A DNA stretch of 63,881 bases, filler included, from Intoshia linei (taxonomy: Eukaryota; Animalia; Orthonectida), in assembly GCA_001642005.1 (NCBI GenBank). It is 7 parts of 7 records of this genome, joined end to end, with 100 filler letters (N's around TTAATTAATTAA, not from the genome) between each part and the next. Parts side by side here need not be neighbours in the genome. Positions count along the whole stretch, not along the records: positions 34,953 to 61,367 come from LWCA01000469.1; 6 more parts are not named here. One strand, written 5' to 3'. This document shows positions 39,998 to 52,604 of this stretch, one piece after another. A program made the translations under genes and the position numbers. How positions within the stretch are numbered: the stretch's first letter is position 1; every line of letters starts with the position of its first letter. The notes under the pieces were generated by a model. The model saw only the letters and a program-made list of their open reading frames with translations. It was not told where the DNA came from and did no database searches.

Positions 39998-40564
39998 GTT
40001 GAACCGTAACTTTAATTTATCCACAAAAGATAATGTTCAATTAGAATGGCTAACACTGGTTCTAATATAACAGAGCTGAATCAGCCATATTCCAGAAAAA
40101 TTTTGAGTTCTTGGTAAAATTTCGATTTGAAAACGCTTTTTTTATTTATTATGTAAAAATTTTATATTTTTTCCATTATTGTCAAATATTAATACAGGAA
40201 ACTAAAACTGAGGTTAGATTTAGTTTTTACTTATTGTTGCAGTATTTCTCTACCGTTGTGTCCCATCGAAAACTAAATACAGTCAACGGAAAATTCTTTG
40301 AAAGTATAATTACTTTTATAAACATTCTAAACAAGTTGATTCTACTTGGGTCCATGATAAATGAAAAATTAAAGGGTTGACAACATCCAAATGGTTGAGA
40401 CTGCTATACAAATTAATTCATACACATTAAAAATATACAGAATGACAAATATTAGTGATAATGCTTAGTTTATAGAAAGTTTATAAATATTACGTTTACA
40501 CTTATTGTCAATGTACGAATCATTTGATTTGCTAAAAATAAAATTAAACCATAATACACTACAT

Positions 40565-42131
40565 TTACAGATATTCTTCTGCATATACATCATATGTTAT
40601 TTGGACTTGAGCAAGCAGCTCTTTTTCTCTCTCTTCACTAAATGATAAAATCTTATCCATAACCTAAAAAATAAAAATATACTAAATTTATAATACAATA
40701 ATTAAGAAACATACATGTATTCTTTAATTATAATTAACTACAACAAAACATTTTCAAGATTCAAAATAAAATGTAAACTTATTTTTATTCCATAAGAAAA
40801 GGCGCGTTTTTAAACAGGTAATTTGTAAATGTAACTATGTATATAAACATTAAAATTAAAACAAGAAAAATAGATTTCTTGAACCTTGATTTCATATCAT
40901 CTTCCTTGACTCAAGATTGATAAAATGTAATTAAATAAATAAATGTGTATTTTATTAAAGCAACAATATATACAATTTATTTGCATAATTTGTATTTTTA
41001 TTTGTAAGTATTTTTAATTTTTCATAATCTTATTTTAGAAAACACAGTTTGAAATATTCAAATAAAAACAATGAAAATGTCCATAATTGGTAATTACACT
41101 TTTATAAGTAATGGATTGATCGTTTATATGATAAACAGAGAATTTAATTAAGTTTCGAATATATGATGAATGGCTAAATGTAATATATACAATTTTCAAT
41201 ATAATGAATACGCTATTATCGCATTTTTCATTTCTGTAAATAATAAATCACTAACGTGGCTTAATTCAGTTCTACCAGTGTCTTGGTTTGCTTTCAACTA
41301 AAAATGTAATAAATTTATAGGTGTAAATATATTAATTAATTTAATAAATAACACTATCCAATTTATCTTCATCCCCTTTTTTTATTTTTTTTTCTAAACC
41401 AATAATTTCTTTGCAAAGTTTTTCATAATTTGTAAATAGTTTATTCCTTTCAATAATTTTATCCTAAAAATATTCATAATAAAATTATTAAAACTTTAAT
41501 AATTTAACTGTTCATAATGTACCTTAATCTTCATAAGTTGGTGACAATACTGTTCAATGTGTCTTGCTAAAAATTCATTATCACTTATTTTTTGTTTTTT
41601 TGGAATTAGCATATCCTAAAAACATTAATTAATAAAAAGTAATTATATACACTATGTATATATACTTTGAAATCATTTGAAAATTAATAAATTATATTAA
41701 CTGTAAATAAACCTGAATAAGATAAATTTCCATTTCTGTCTTAAAATTTTCATTAATATGAACATCTTCAGGATTGGGTTCCAACAATTTAGATATTGTT
41801 TCAATAAAATGTTGATTTGACGATAAAACATCTATTTAAATTCACATATAATTATGCATTATATCAATATTTTATTTTTCTGATAAATTATGGTGTATTA
41901 ACTATAAATTACAGCCATCATCTTTTATTTTTTTGTCAAAAATTTTTTTAGTTGTCTGTGCTTCTTTCTAGTATAAATTAAAAGTATCAATGTCAAAATT
42001 GTTATTCATATTACAAAACATTCATTAATTTTGTTTGTTAACTTTTGAAACATGTTTTTCTCTTCACCTCTGCTGTGCTAAATTTTTTTTTACTTTATAA
42101 TATGTGGATGAATTACTCCAAAAATATTCAT
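40565..42131 (-). CDS. BIN3: BIN3-like N-BAR domain protein (~240 aa, 9 exons)
   Basis: Phase-consistent GT-AG exons from MNIFG (42117-42131) to VMDKILSFSEEREKELLAQVQITYDVYAEEYL* (40565-40663). IKDKIIERNKLFTNYEKL..LEKKIKKG and LLFTEMKNAIIAHSSYI align by eye with BIN3/Rvs161 helices 2-3. Confidence 0.55.
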
Positions 42132-42789
42132 AGTTCTTTTATCTTTACTGTTTACTTTGTAAAATAAAAATCCAACTATCAAGTTTAATTTGACTATTTA
42201 AACATTTGTTTAAATTGTTTTATATAATTACACTTTATTCGACTTTCAATGTTTTTACTTTAGTTTTATAATTCGGTATTTCTATTATCAAAAATGTAAC
42301 TTTAAATTATTAAAAATTGTCAATTGCTTTACTGTTGTGATAAATTATAATTATTATACCATTAAAAATTATTTGATAGGATGGATACAATGGATAGGTT
42401 AAATTTCAAAAATGGAGATAATCATTTTATAGAAAATGAGTTATAATAATTTGAGATTGTCTCTCTATGTGTAACGATTTATTTAGAAAACTGACTGTCC
42501 CAGAAATTTATTTAACAAAAATTAAAAATTAATTTTTTTGGACGCAGAAAGTAGGGTAAATGTCACTCCAAAATTGAAATCTTTCATGATCAGAAACAAA
42601 AATTATAACTTTTTTTAAAAATGAAAAAAATAAGATTTTGAGATTTAATAAACACAGATTCTAATACATTATGTCAAGGGTATCTCAAGCATATGCAATC
42701 TCGTCATTTTTATTATTTTAAATTTGCATTTTAAACGTCAACATTTTTAATTACATTTTTTTTTAAATTAAAATTTAAATTAAAACTTT

Positions 42790-43160
42790 CAAAGGTATTT
42801 TTGGGACCAAAATTTTGTAAGGTTTTTAAGGGAAGTTTTTTATTACAATTTTTAAAGATATTATTGGGACCAAAATTACGTAGAGTTTTTGAGAGAATAT
42901 TTTTTACTACCATTTTTTAAAGATTTTGAAGATATTTTTGGAACCAAAATTTTGAAGGGTTTTTAAGGGAAGTTTTTTTACAAACATTTTTTATAGATTT
43001 TGAAGATATTTTTGGAATCAAAATTATGTAAGGTTTTTAAGGGAATATTTTTTTCAACCCAATTTTTAAATATTTCGAATATATTTTTGGTTTTAAGATT
43101 TTGAAATGTTTTTAAGGGAAGTTTTTTATTCAATTTTTGAATATTTTGAAGATCCCATAA
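42790..43160 (+). repeat. Minisatellite, ~74-bp unit, about 5 copies
   Basis: Repeated gattttgaagatatttttggaaccaaaattttgtaaggtttttaagggaa-type unit. Related copies at 30880-31000, 39476-39860 and 45040-45210. Confidence 0.85.
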
Positions 43161-43269
43161 AATTTTAAAAATATTTTCTTCATGGAACTTCAATTTTCAT
43201 CTAATCAGGGCCACTTTTGACTCTTTACGGAACTGGATCTAGTTATTGTTTACAAAGTACATGTGTAAT

Positions 43270-43733
43270 CAGAGCCGTCTTAAACCACTTCGTGGCCCTG
43301 GGCTAAGCAAAAGACCGGAGGCCCTTTAAAGTTTTGAGCGAAACAATAAAAAAAATTTAGAACCTTTTTTTAGAAAATTAATAATAGAAAATCAAAGATA
43401 TCCTACTTTCTTTTTTGAATATTCACTTAATAGAAAGGTTTTAATGTTTTATATTATTATTTGAAACAGTTATTATGTCAATATTATATAATTAACATTG
43501 TAGAATATATTTTAAATTGAATATTTACCAGAACTTTGATTCTTTAAACTATTTGAATTTCTACACTTCAAAACTTATAAACTGTTTCTTAAGATATAAA
43601 TGTGAAGTATTTTTTAATAAATTGGGACCTCTTTTTAAAATATAAGTGTAAAGTACTTTTATTAATTTGGGGCCTTTTTTAATGAGTGGCCCTGGGGTAC
43701 AGCCCATATTGCTGAAGCCTTAAAACGGATCTG
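43270..43733. mobile_element. hAT-type MITE
   Basis: TIRs CAGAGCCGTCTTAA / TTAAAACGGATCTG. Perfect 8-bp TSD TGTGTAAT (43262-43269, 43734-43741). Subterminal gtggccctggg. Confidence 0.9.
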
Positions 43734-43959
43734 TGTGTAATGTAATAAAATGTTTTTCAACCGGTGCGCTCAGGCGTACTGGTTATCCCATGTAAATCAA
43801 AAATGCGTAAATCAAAACGTTCATATCTACAGTTAAGACATGAAAATTGTTTTTTTAATTTTAATGGAACAATTGAAACTGAAACATAATAAAAAAATTT
43901 ATTTGACATAAAATTTTATTTAACAAAGAAATTATTTAAAAAAACAGATACTTAAGTAA

Positions 43960-45491
43960 TCAGCGCGGTTCAACTTCTTCACCAAATATGATGGACGTAT
44001 CATTTAAGGATTTCTGCCAAGCAGCGTCTCTCAATTCAATAATCTCCATATATCGATTAATTTCAATGTTAATGTCTGGAACAATACCTAGTTTAATATA
44101 TAATTAAAATAACTATGGATTAATCCAACTAACTATGAACTTGATCATGTAATTTTTTCAGAAACATCCCATCAAATACAATTTTTGAAATTTCAAAAAC
44201 AAAAAAAATTTTAAGATTATTTTTGATAAATTTGGGTCATGGGGTAGAAGACAATGTAAGTTAAAAAATAAATATAAAAAATTAAATAAAAAATTAATTT
44301 CACTTTAAAATAATCATAACGAAAGTAAATAATACAAACCTAAAAATATTTAATACCAAAGAATAAGAAATCGCACTTTGTCAACAGTTAATTGGTTAAA
44401 AAAAATTGATAAAATTGAATTTTGATGTTGGTCCTTTTTGTAAAATGTTGATAATCACTGATATAAATATCCCATATTTAATATATATTAAACATATTAC
44501 CAATTACTTCATATGATATCCACAAATGCCTAAATTCATTGAAGCGAACAGTTCCTCTAATATTTACAACGTCTCCCAAAATTGGTGTAAAATTTATTTT
44601 ATAATCTAAAGACACTTAATGTAGCACTAAATATCAAAAAGGACTGAAAATTACTTTGAGTTTTATATCCACTGCAACAAATAATGGTACCCGTCAAATC
44701 TGTGACTAAAATATTTTTTTAGTAAATAAATTACGTCTCATAAGTAGAATTAAATTTTTTATCATGTCTGTAAAACATGTTAACGCTCAGTATGCATTGT
44801 TTGGGTCCTCGATTTTAATTACCACATTATCAAAAATATTTTAATTTTTTAAGTTTCTAACAAAGCGTGGGTTTGGGTAGAATAACTTCGTTCTTGATTT
44901 AGTATTAGATAAAAAATTAACTGAAAAAAGTTAGAGCGGCTTTGTTAATTAAATACATATTTGATATTTTTGGGCCAACATAAGTCAATATTCAGTTGAG
45001 TAAAATAATCATCTATTTTGCAATTGTATTTTTGATTTTTTTACCAAATTTTTTTAGGTTTCTTTAAGGGAAAATTTTTTCACCCAATTTTTCGAGATTT
45101 TCAAGTTATTTTTGATCTAAAAATTTGGTAGGGTTTTTAAGGGAACATATCTACATTTTTCTATCATTTTTTAAATATTTTGAAGACAATTTTTGAACTA
45201 AAATTTTAAAAATATAATTTAATGTAAGAATTTAAAAAAAATGTAATACCATAGTATATTTTAGTACCATTTTACCAGTTACAGAAGGCAATAATAAATA
45301 AATAAAAAGTTACGGTTAAATTGTAATCGATTGGTTATTTTGGTGACAATTCCAATTACGTCAACCTTGCTTCTAATATGATTTTGGTCGATATGACTAA
45401 TAAAAATCTTTTGAGCTACTTGGTTGCCATTTATACTTGAAATAATTACATTTTTCAATTCATTTTTTTCAATTATTTTATTTTCAGACAT
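43960..45491 (-). CDS. STN1: STN1/RPA2-like OB-fold protein (153 aa)
   Basis: Exons 45314-45491, 44655-44705, 44501-44605, 43960-44087 (462 nt, in frame). AQKIFISHI..KVDVIGIV..FNLTDLTGTIICC..ILGDVVNIRGTVRF..VPDINIEINRYMEIIEL parallels STN1 AKLYIRDI..VDVLGTV..DDSTGVINC..IGDTIRVRG..DPVWNIQIARMLEL. Confidence 0.65.
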
Positions 45492-46703
45492 TTATATAAG
45501 ATAAAAACCAAAAAATAATTTAAAATATTTATTTACATCCTACGATAAAAATTTTACATTGTCGTCAACGCTTTTAGATGCATTATCATTATTTACGCTA
45601 TTAGCATAATTGTAAACCGAGTTTTTTACTTGATGCAACATTTTTTTTACGTCTATTTTTGTTAATTTATTTGACATTTTGCCGTTCTTCATCAATATCA
45701 TAACAGTATCGAGTGATTTTTTCAGTCTTCTATTAAAATATTTACAATGTTAGTAAATACAATATTCATGTAAATAGAATTAAATAGTTAAGGGTTAAGT
45801 TAATATTTTATAACAAACTGTTTTTATTTTACCAACCCTGTATGTGAGTTTTAGTACATATGTTGTATTATTTAATTTAATAAAAAAAATTTACACAAAG
45901 GGTCGCCTAAAATTTTTGGAAGTGGCCTCTAAAAATAATATTTCGTAAATTCACTAAATTCCTTGTTAAAGAAAAAAGGTTACGTCTGCCCATGACACCT
46001 CAATTACATCAAAATTTGTTATATACCTCAAGAGATAATAATAAGCACCTTTGGCGACCCTTGGTTGACACAGTTAACCGTTTATGTACCTGATATGACA
46101 AAGTTTGCAACAAGAGCACTTTATCTGTTTTTCGATATTGTTAATTTCATTTTTCATCAAAAACATAGACAATTTGTATTGATTTAATTCTTTCAATTTA
46201 AATTTTTTACATTTATTTTTTTCTATTAAAAAATTGACAACGGTACTAAAAATGTTTAATTAAAATATAAATAACTTTAAACCATATAAGCCAACCCAAA
46301 ACAATGAAAATGCTGATAATAATTAAACATACAGCAAAAATTATCAAAAAATTTATCCAAAAAGCATCATCTAAATTTTTATTTCAATAATTAAAAATTA
46401 ATAATTAAAAAATTACCTAAATATTCTTGTTCACGTTTCAAAATTTCCATTCCATATAATGAGTTAATATTACATGTTGAAACTTGCAACTTGTCAATTC
46501 AATTGATAAAGATATACTTAGTGTAAAGTAAATAATTCAATTAAAAATTTACAATGCGTGAAGAATCTTTAATTAATGAATAAGATCACTTTTAAATAAT
46601 TAAGATTATAACCCATATAAATAAAATATATACGCATGGATAACTGTTTCAATTCCAACGTCACGATTATTTTCACAAACATAGATATGCATGTTACCTA
46701 TCA

Positions 46704-49700
46704 ATGTTAATATCTGACTCGTACAGAAAATTTACTTGGACAAACATTTTGGGACGTTGTATACCGCTTAGTAAACTTAAAGCGCCCAGAATTAGAAAAT
46801 GTAATTTTTTATTTGATTTGATTTACATGATAATTTTTAAAATTTTATTAAATTCTAAATTTTAAATTTTAAAATTCATAGTTTCCCAAAAAATTGAAAA
46901 AACTAATGAATCCGTTGATATTCATAAACAAGACTGGAAAAACCCAGAAATTATAGTATTGAAATATAAAAATAACCGACTAAATTTAATAATAGAAATT
47001 AACATTGGCACACCAAAAATTAAATCATGCGTACCAAAGAAAAGGCTTTAAAAAACTACAAAAAAGGATAAACTACAAATATTTAGATTTAAGTGACAAC
47101 GGTATAACAGATTTATCAAAATTTGATTTTGAAAGGTAAATATCAACACCTCAACTATGTACATTGTATAATTAAATAATGATGTGATTTTTAAATAATT
47201 TTTAGTGTTACTTCAATGAACCTAAAACTCAATTATATCAAATCACTTAAGGTATTATATTACAGTTAAAGTATTAGAATAATGTTTAGTCATATATTTT
47301 TAGTATTTAAGTATTTTTACGATGAATCATTTCATATTTTATTTTTCATGGCGGATTTTTTTAATTTTAGCATTTTTCTTATTGTTCCAGTTAAATTTTT
47401 TTGATTACAAAAATTAAATTGTTTTTTCTCATTTTTCTTTAGTTCCGCGTTTTCCAAACGCGGCTCCGTATAATTTTAATTTTTAACTTTCGAGAAGCAA
47501 ATCTATACATTTTAAAAGTATTTTTAAAATACCATAATTGATTCAAAATTCGAATAAATAAAAAGTAACGATTTGCTCATTTTTGAAATTCACACTGTTA
47601 AAACTTAATTTAATGTACATTGTTTTACTGTTCCGTCAAAATAATTATACACTCTCACCCATATGTAGGAAAAGGTTAAGAAACAATCAAATTGATTTGT
47701 TACAATTACTTTTTTATATTTGACAGATTGTGCCTTCCTGCCAGGAAGTTACTGGTATACGTATAAATATTCGAATCTAAATTATGTGAGATTATTAAGC
47801 TGTCAAATTGTGTTAAGGATTAATAAGTATGCTTTCGTATAAATAAAAGGGTAAAAATAAACGTAAAACAGTTATACATGATGATACTAAACAAACTTGT
47901 ATTTGTATATGTAAAAAAACTTTAAATTTTAATATTTATCGTAATTATAAATTTGGAATTCATTTACATGCAATTAAAGTGTACATAAATTAAAAGAATT
48001 TTTTAAATCAATGCATATTTTACAATAGTTTAGGTGCATAATAATTTTAATTTTTGTCAAAAGTCAGACATTTTACAGTTACATTTAGATCAGTGTTTAG
48101 ATACAAATTTTATCATGTTACTAAACTAAATTTAAACATTCAAAATTAAAAGATTAGTATATATGCTATTCACGCTTTCTAAATAGACGTATATACAATA
48201 AAAAAAAATTTGTTTGAAGATTCTAATTGTTTTATTATATATGTTATGATTTTAATTGTTTAATTGTTTAGAATTTATAAAAATTTATTTAAAATAATGT
48301 TTTTCATTCATTATGTATTTATTTAGGTATTACCAAAAATGAAAAATTTAATGTGGCTAGATCTTAGAGACAATGCAATCGAATCCTTAAAAGGTCTCAA
48401 ATCATTGATAAATTTAAAATATCTTGATTTACGAGGAAATCAAGTTCAATTTAATGATCAAAACTACCGAAAAAAGTAAATTTACAAATACAAACGTGTA
48501 TAAATGGTGGTGGTGTATAACAGCTTTGATAAATTGTATAAATTTAATTTAATTAGTTTATTAATTATATTTTAAATTTTATTATTTTATTTTATTTTGG
48601 ATTTACTGTAAATCATTTACATTATAAATTTTATATAGATTAAAATAAATAATTAATTTTATTAGTAAGATTAAAATACACATTTCACATGACACAACCA
48701 GTTTTCACTTTCATTTTTTTCATTGCTTGTAAAGATATAATGAGAAATGAATCCCTAAAAATGACTGGGGAAAATAAATACAGACTATTTTGTCATATCC
48801 TTACTTGTATAAAGTAATAGTTGATAAAAATGAGTGTTTGTCTAACCATTTATATATTTATCAATAAATTTTATAAAAATTTCCATAATCTGTAATGTCA
48901 TAATTTAATCAATTTCACATTAAAATTACTAAAAAATGTACATCTCAATTTCGATATTATAGTTGATTAAATGTACTAGACATCCCATTATAATATACAT
49001 TGCATTTCATTGCAGTTGTTTGCAACCTTTTTATGCTAGGCCCACTTTAATTCTTAAAAAATTCCATTTCCACTTTAAAAAATGACTTAACAATGTTAAG
49101 TTAACATTCATTTTTTTTAGCGGATATAATAGTTAACAAAATGTAAATCAAAACAAAATTAAATAATATTATTAATTCAATATCTATTTTTTATAAAAAC
49201 TATAATTTTGTAATAAATTACAAATATAAAGCTATGATGTTATTAATGTCGACAGTTGAGCTAATTACATGTATAATATTTATTTTATATAATTAATTAT
49301 ATCACTGACCATAGAGATTATACCAGATTTTCTTAATATCCTTACTTATATAATATGCTGTGCAATATTTGTTTGTGTGTGTGTTACCCTTTATTTCAAT
49401 AACTGCATGTCTTAGAATTTTATAAAGTCATCATTTCAATTACAGTTTTTTCCGGGGTGTTAGCAAAATAAAATTCAATCTACCAAACTCACATCTTACG
49501 GGTCAAAAAGTCCAATTGTCCTTTTTTTTGAAAATCTAACGAGTTCGAGAATTTAAAAAAATATATACTGTGATATCGATTTTAAAATCTTGAATATTAT
49601 CATAAATTTAAATTTAAAAAAAATATATCTTCAGGGCCAAAACCCTAAAATTACCCCTTTTTATGAAAACAGCTCTAGAATTTAAAAAAATTACCGGTGG

Positions 49701-50497
49701 TACAGTGGTATCCTGTTAACACACACAAAAAATTTAAATCAGAATAAGTTACGCCTTCATGGTCAAAAAAGCATTTTAGTTTTCATATATTTTTTTCCGA
49801 AATGTTTTATTAAAACATAAAATGTGAAATAATTAATGGTCCGAAAATTAAAAAAAAGGATTATTCTGATAGAGCTTATTCCAGTTGATATAAATACAAA
49901 ATTTCAACCCTACAAATCTACGAATTCCCGGTGAAAAATAATTTTAATATATTATCAACCAATATTTTCAACTATTTCGATTAAAATAAAAATTGAAAAT
50001 CTATATAATTCATTTTTTCGGAATTTTTTTTGATTTCTATGCAATTTTTAAATTTCAAATTATCATTTTCAAAACATTTTGAATAAAATTTAAGTAGAAA
50101 CTACAACAATGAAACTAAAAGTCATACAACTTTGTTAATATCATTTTTATATTTATTACAATCCTTTGCAATATTGGTAAAATTCACCTGAAATATGTTT
50201 ATAAAGTACTGATTCCGTTAATTCTTGATACATAATTGGGGTTGTAAGTATTTATTAAATTGATACTGAATATATATTATCACATTGAAAATTATACAAA
50301 CCTATTTTTTATTTTTCCTCGAATTTTTGTACGTTGTACATAGCAGTCAACCTAGTAACTTTATAGATATCATATGGTAAATAGATTATGAATACCTGTC
50401 AATTCAATAAATGTATAAAAAGTTCTATATAAATAATTTTAGAATTTTTAAAGTACTACCAAATCTAGAATATCTTGATGGATGGAGAAATATATGA
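46704..50497 (+). CDS. SDS22-type leucine-rich repeat protein with LRRcap (~186 aa)
   Basis: Exons 46704-46800 (tentative), 46882-46955, 46996-47135, 47206-47251, 48327-48475, 50443-50497. Repeats YLDLSDNGITDL, MNLKLNYIKSL, LMWLDLRDNAIESL, LKYLDLRGNQV; LRRcap YRKKIFKVLPNLEYLDG. Confidence 0.8.
49339..50355 (+). mobile_element. Near-complete non-autonomous Helitron (1017 bp)
   Basis: Inserted at A|T. 5' TCCTTACTTATATAATA, 3' TGTAC-gtt-GTACA hairpin, then CTAG. No TIR, TSD or ORF. Lies in the last intron of the LRR gene. Confidence 0.85.
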
Positions 50498-51847
50498 TTT
50501 GTATTTCCGAATAAAATTTAATATACAATCTAATACGAATATAGGCAACACCGTGAAATAATTTTATCACTTTTTAATATACAATATATTATATTTATAT
50601 ATTAACCCATTTTCTCCCAAGCCATTTTTTCATTTTTTTTGCAAATTTTAATAATTTTATGCTAATTGAAGATGTCATGTAAAATTTGAAATAATTTACA
50701 ATAGTAATTATCGAGATATATCGTGTGATCAATGATCATATGGTCACATTGAAATAAATTTCGTTAATTTTTTTTCTGAAACAGAAATAAAGATATATTT
50801 CAACTCGATAAATCCATATATTCCTTTATCTCTTCCTATATTATTGCCGAAAATTTTAAATTAATACTCTTAAAAAGTATTACATTTTGTTATTTTGTTA
50901 GTCCAGAGATGAGTAAAATTAACGTTGACACTATAGATATCGCAGGAATAATTGGTTTTAGTTTCATTTTTATTTAACTCAAATTATTAAATTGTTGATA
51001 CATTATCAAAATTCATAGGTGTAAAAATTAGTTCATTAATTAATTTGTAAAATTAAACAAGAGATGAAATAAATTTTGATAAATAACTGCCATTCTAGTT
51101 TCAATGACAATTAAATACATTACAAGAATGACACGTTCTCTAGAAATTTGAAATGAATGAATAAATTATGATAAGAAATGTCTAATTAATGAAATACATT
51201 AATGAATTCAAAATTTTGTTTAGTGACACTAAATTTTAGTGGTTATAATGTAGTACACAAAAATATCAATTGTGACTACTCATAATTTAATTAGGATTAA
51301 TCCGATTGTAGAGGAGCGACACAATGAAACGCAGAAAGAAAAAAACTAGAAATGTTAATCTTTAATTATAATTCGTTTGACTTATAATTTATACTAACAG
51401 TATTACTATTTAAATATTATTACATGTACATTATTTTATTACAACGTTATCATTTCATTGTTAATATTATCAAAGTTTTTAATTTTTTCAATTTTTATCA
51501 ATTTAAGCCAGTTAAAATTTACAATCATTAAATTAAAAACAAAATGAATAAATGGCAAATTATTGAGAATGATAAAAATAACAAGACCGTTAGGATGGAA
51601 TTTAGTTAAATCAAATGATCATTACTCATAATTATAAGTAAAATAAAAAAAATGTAAATAAATTATGAAAATAAAGGTTTTTTTACCAAATCCAAAAAAT
51701 TGAACAGTACTTTATAATATTAATGAAATTGCATACATTAGAACTTGGCGCAATATTTTATATATAATTGAACCAGGTAATATAACACTAATTTAGTCTA
51801 TTGAAATAAAATAATGTATATTTTTTAAAATTTTTAGTCAATTATTA

Positions 51848-52556
51848 ATGTTTTTACTTTACAAATTGAAAAAATTATATTTTAATTCTCAAATCATATC
51901 TCGATACTTCCAAAAACAAGTAGAAATTTCAAAATTGAAAAAATATACACTTGTTTATGAATATTCAAATAAATCAAAAAAGCTGATAATTCGTGCTTCA
52001 GCATTATCTCAGCTTTTCTTTTGGATAAATTTTGGCTTACTGTACAAAACTCTTGGTAAAAAGTCAAAAATTGATGATGGCCATGAAAATGATAAAAAAT
52101 GGAATTCTCCCTTATTTTATAGTTGTATTGTTTATGGTAGTTATATCATAGGTAATTTTGATATTTCTATCCATAATTATAATTATAATCAGTGCTTTAC
52201 ATAATTTGCTTATACATAGTAAACAAATACTGAATCTCTAATCGAATATTTTAGGAGCCGGCATATTCATGGGATTATCAATTTTGTTACGTCGTACTGT
52301 AACCAACATGTCGATATCTAATAATTTGAAAATGATTGAAATGAAGACATATGGAGCATTAATGGGAAAAAGAATTGTAAAGATTCCTTTAAAAGACTTG
52401 AGTTTTAATTCAACACGATTTATATACACTCAAAATGTTTGGGCTGAAAGACCAAATGATTTTTTTTACTTATTGTTCAACAAGGATGAAAAAAATTTTA
52501 TAAATGCAAATGTATTTGATCAAGTAATTTGCATGAATCGAAAACTGAAAAAATAA
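51848..52556 (+). CDS. TMEM223: Transmembrane protein 223 (mitochondrial), 201 aa
   Basis: Exons 51848-52151 and 52255-52556. LVYEY..SQLFFW, RRTVTNM..IEMKTYG..IPLKDLS..FYLLFNK..FINANVFDQVI match the TMEM223 pattern. Confidence 0.8.
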
Positions 52557-52604
52557 ATAAAAAACTAAAATTTATTTTTACAAATTATTCAACTATTGAA
52601 TTAA

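Noticed and set aside
42790-43160. CRISPR-like periodicity
   Set aside because: Degenerate full-unit tandem repeat with no unique spacers or cas genes, in a eukaryotic context.
45560-46700. Exon-like pieces on the minus strand between STN1 and the LRR gene
   Set aside because: Could not be assembled into an open, phase-consistent gene.
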